A DNA stretch of 64,000 nucleotides from Styela clava (taxonomy: Eukaryota), in contig NC_135258.1 in NCBI RefSeq assembly GCF_964204865.1, positions 12,524,001-12,588,000 on the forward strand. Direction: 5' to 3'. Every line of letters starts with the position of its first letter. The first letter of the stretch is position 1. This document shows, in pieces, positions 63,317 through 64,000 of this stretch. Made by a program: the position numbers and the translations under genes. The notes beneath the pieces are model-generated. The model had not been told where the DNA came from, did no database searches, and saw only the letters and a program-made list of their open reading frames with translations.

Positions 63317-64000
63317 GAAATAATAAGATGAAATTTGAGATAACATGAAGCACATAATTTGAGATGACATGATGCTATAAAGATATCGGGTATAAATGCA
63401 AAATGGGAAATCCTACATCATTTACAGTAAGGTTCAAAATGTGAACACAAAAATTGGGATATCCAACCAATAAAAAATTATTACATTATTAAGAAATTAA
63501 TTCACAATATTTTATAATAATGAAAGCATATAACACCAGTATATCATATTGATTCGAAATGTTGTCACACAATTACATGTGTTTCCATGCATAGTTTGGC
63601 ATATTAAAACATGAACTTAACCAAAGGACTTAGTAAATGCTAGGACATTATCTGGGGGAAGACATATTTTCACTGCAAGATTTCAAGATTACACACTGAA
63701 AACTATTGCTACGGAAAGTGATCAGGAAGTTCATTATAGAATATATATAACAGCATATGCACCCACCAACATAAATAACAAGTTTATCTTATAACAAGAA
63801 CAAAATAACACAGTATGGAGTAGTAGCAGAGAAATTGTTATTTTAGGATTGCAGACAATGCATTAGTACAAAGTGGTTATGATTCATGAATGAAAATCAG
63901 ATCTTATTGATTGACTTCAAAACAAACAAGGACTAGACAAAGTATATAATATCGTGTACACAAATGCTACAGTCCCCATAAATAGTGTTTAATAATTGGC

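Overview
AT-rich animal genomic DNA with short GT-AG introns. The compact gene packing, candidate trans-splice acceptors and MITE repertoire suggest an ascidian (tunicate), but this is inference. Bases 1-6.7 kb hold the first 10 exons of MCMBP on the minus strand. Bases 6.7-25.3 kb are gene-poor and transposon-rich: hAT-type and other MITEs, a hAT transposase relic, and a young 5'-truncated L1/Tx1-type LINE with a poly(A) tail and a 14-bp TSD. Bases 25.6-56.2 kb are a dense gene block. It contains a plus-strand run MLEC > FAM227-like > RAD1 > YARS2 (candidate trans-spliced operon, first three CDSs intronless), convergent FBXL13/DRC6 (-), a plus-strand run orphan ORF > TSR3 > HDDC3/MESH1, and convergent RXYLT1/TMEM5 (-). 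The right end holds a TTAGGG-containing minisatellite, a tandem array and more MITEs. The most notable observations are: (1) an intronless 192-aa orphan protein with tandem Gly/Asn/Gln-rich RHIM/amyloid-signalling-like motifs; (2) strong over-representation of TACCGGTA, shown by an internal filled/empty comparison to be a 6-bp insertion consistent with a Tc1/mariner excision footprint; (3) an operon junction whose poly(A)/acceptor cassette is tandemly triplicated; (4) a highly structured or antisense exon-like segment in YARS2 introns.
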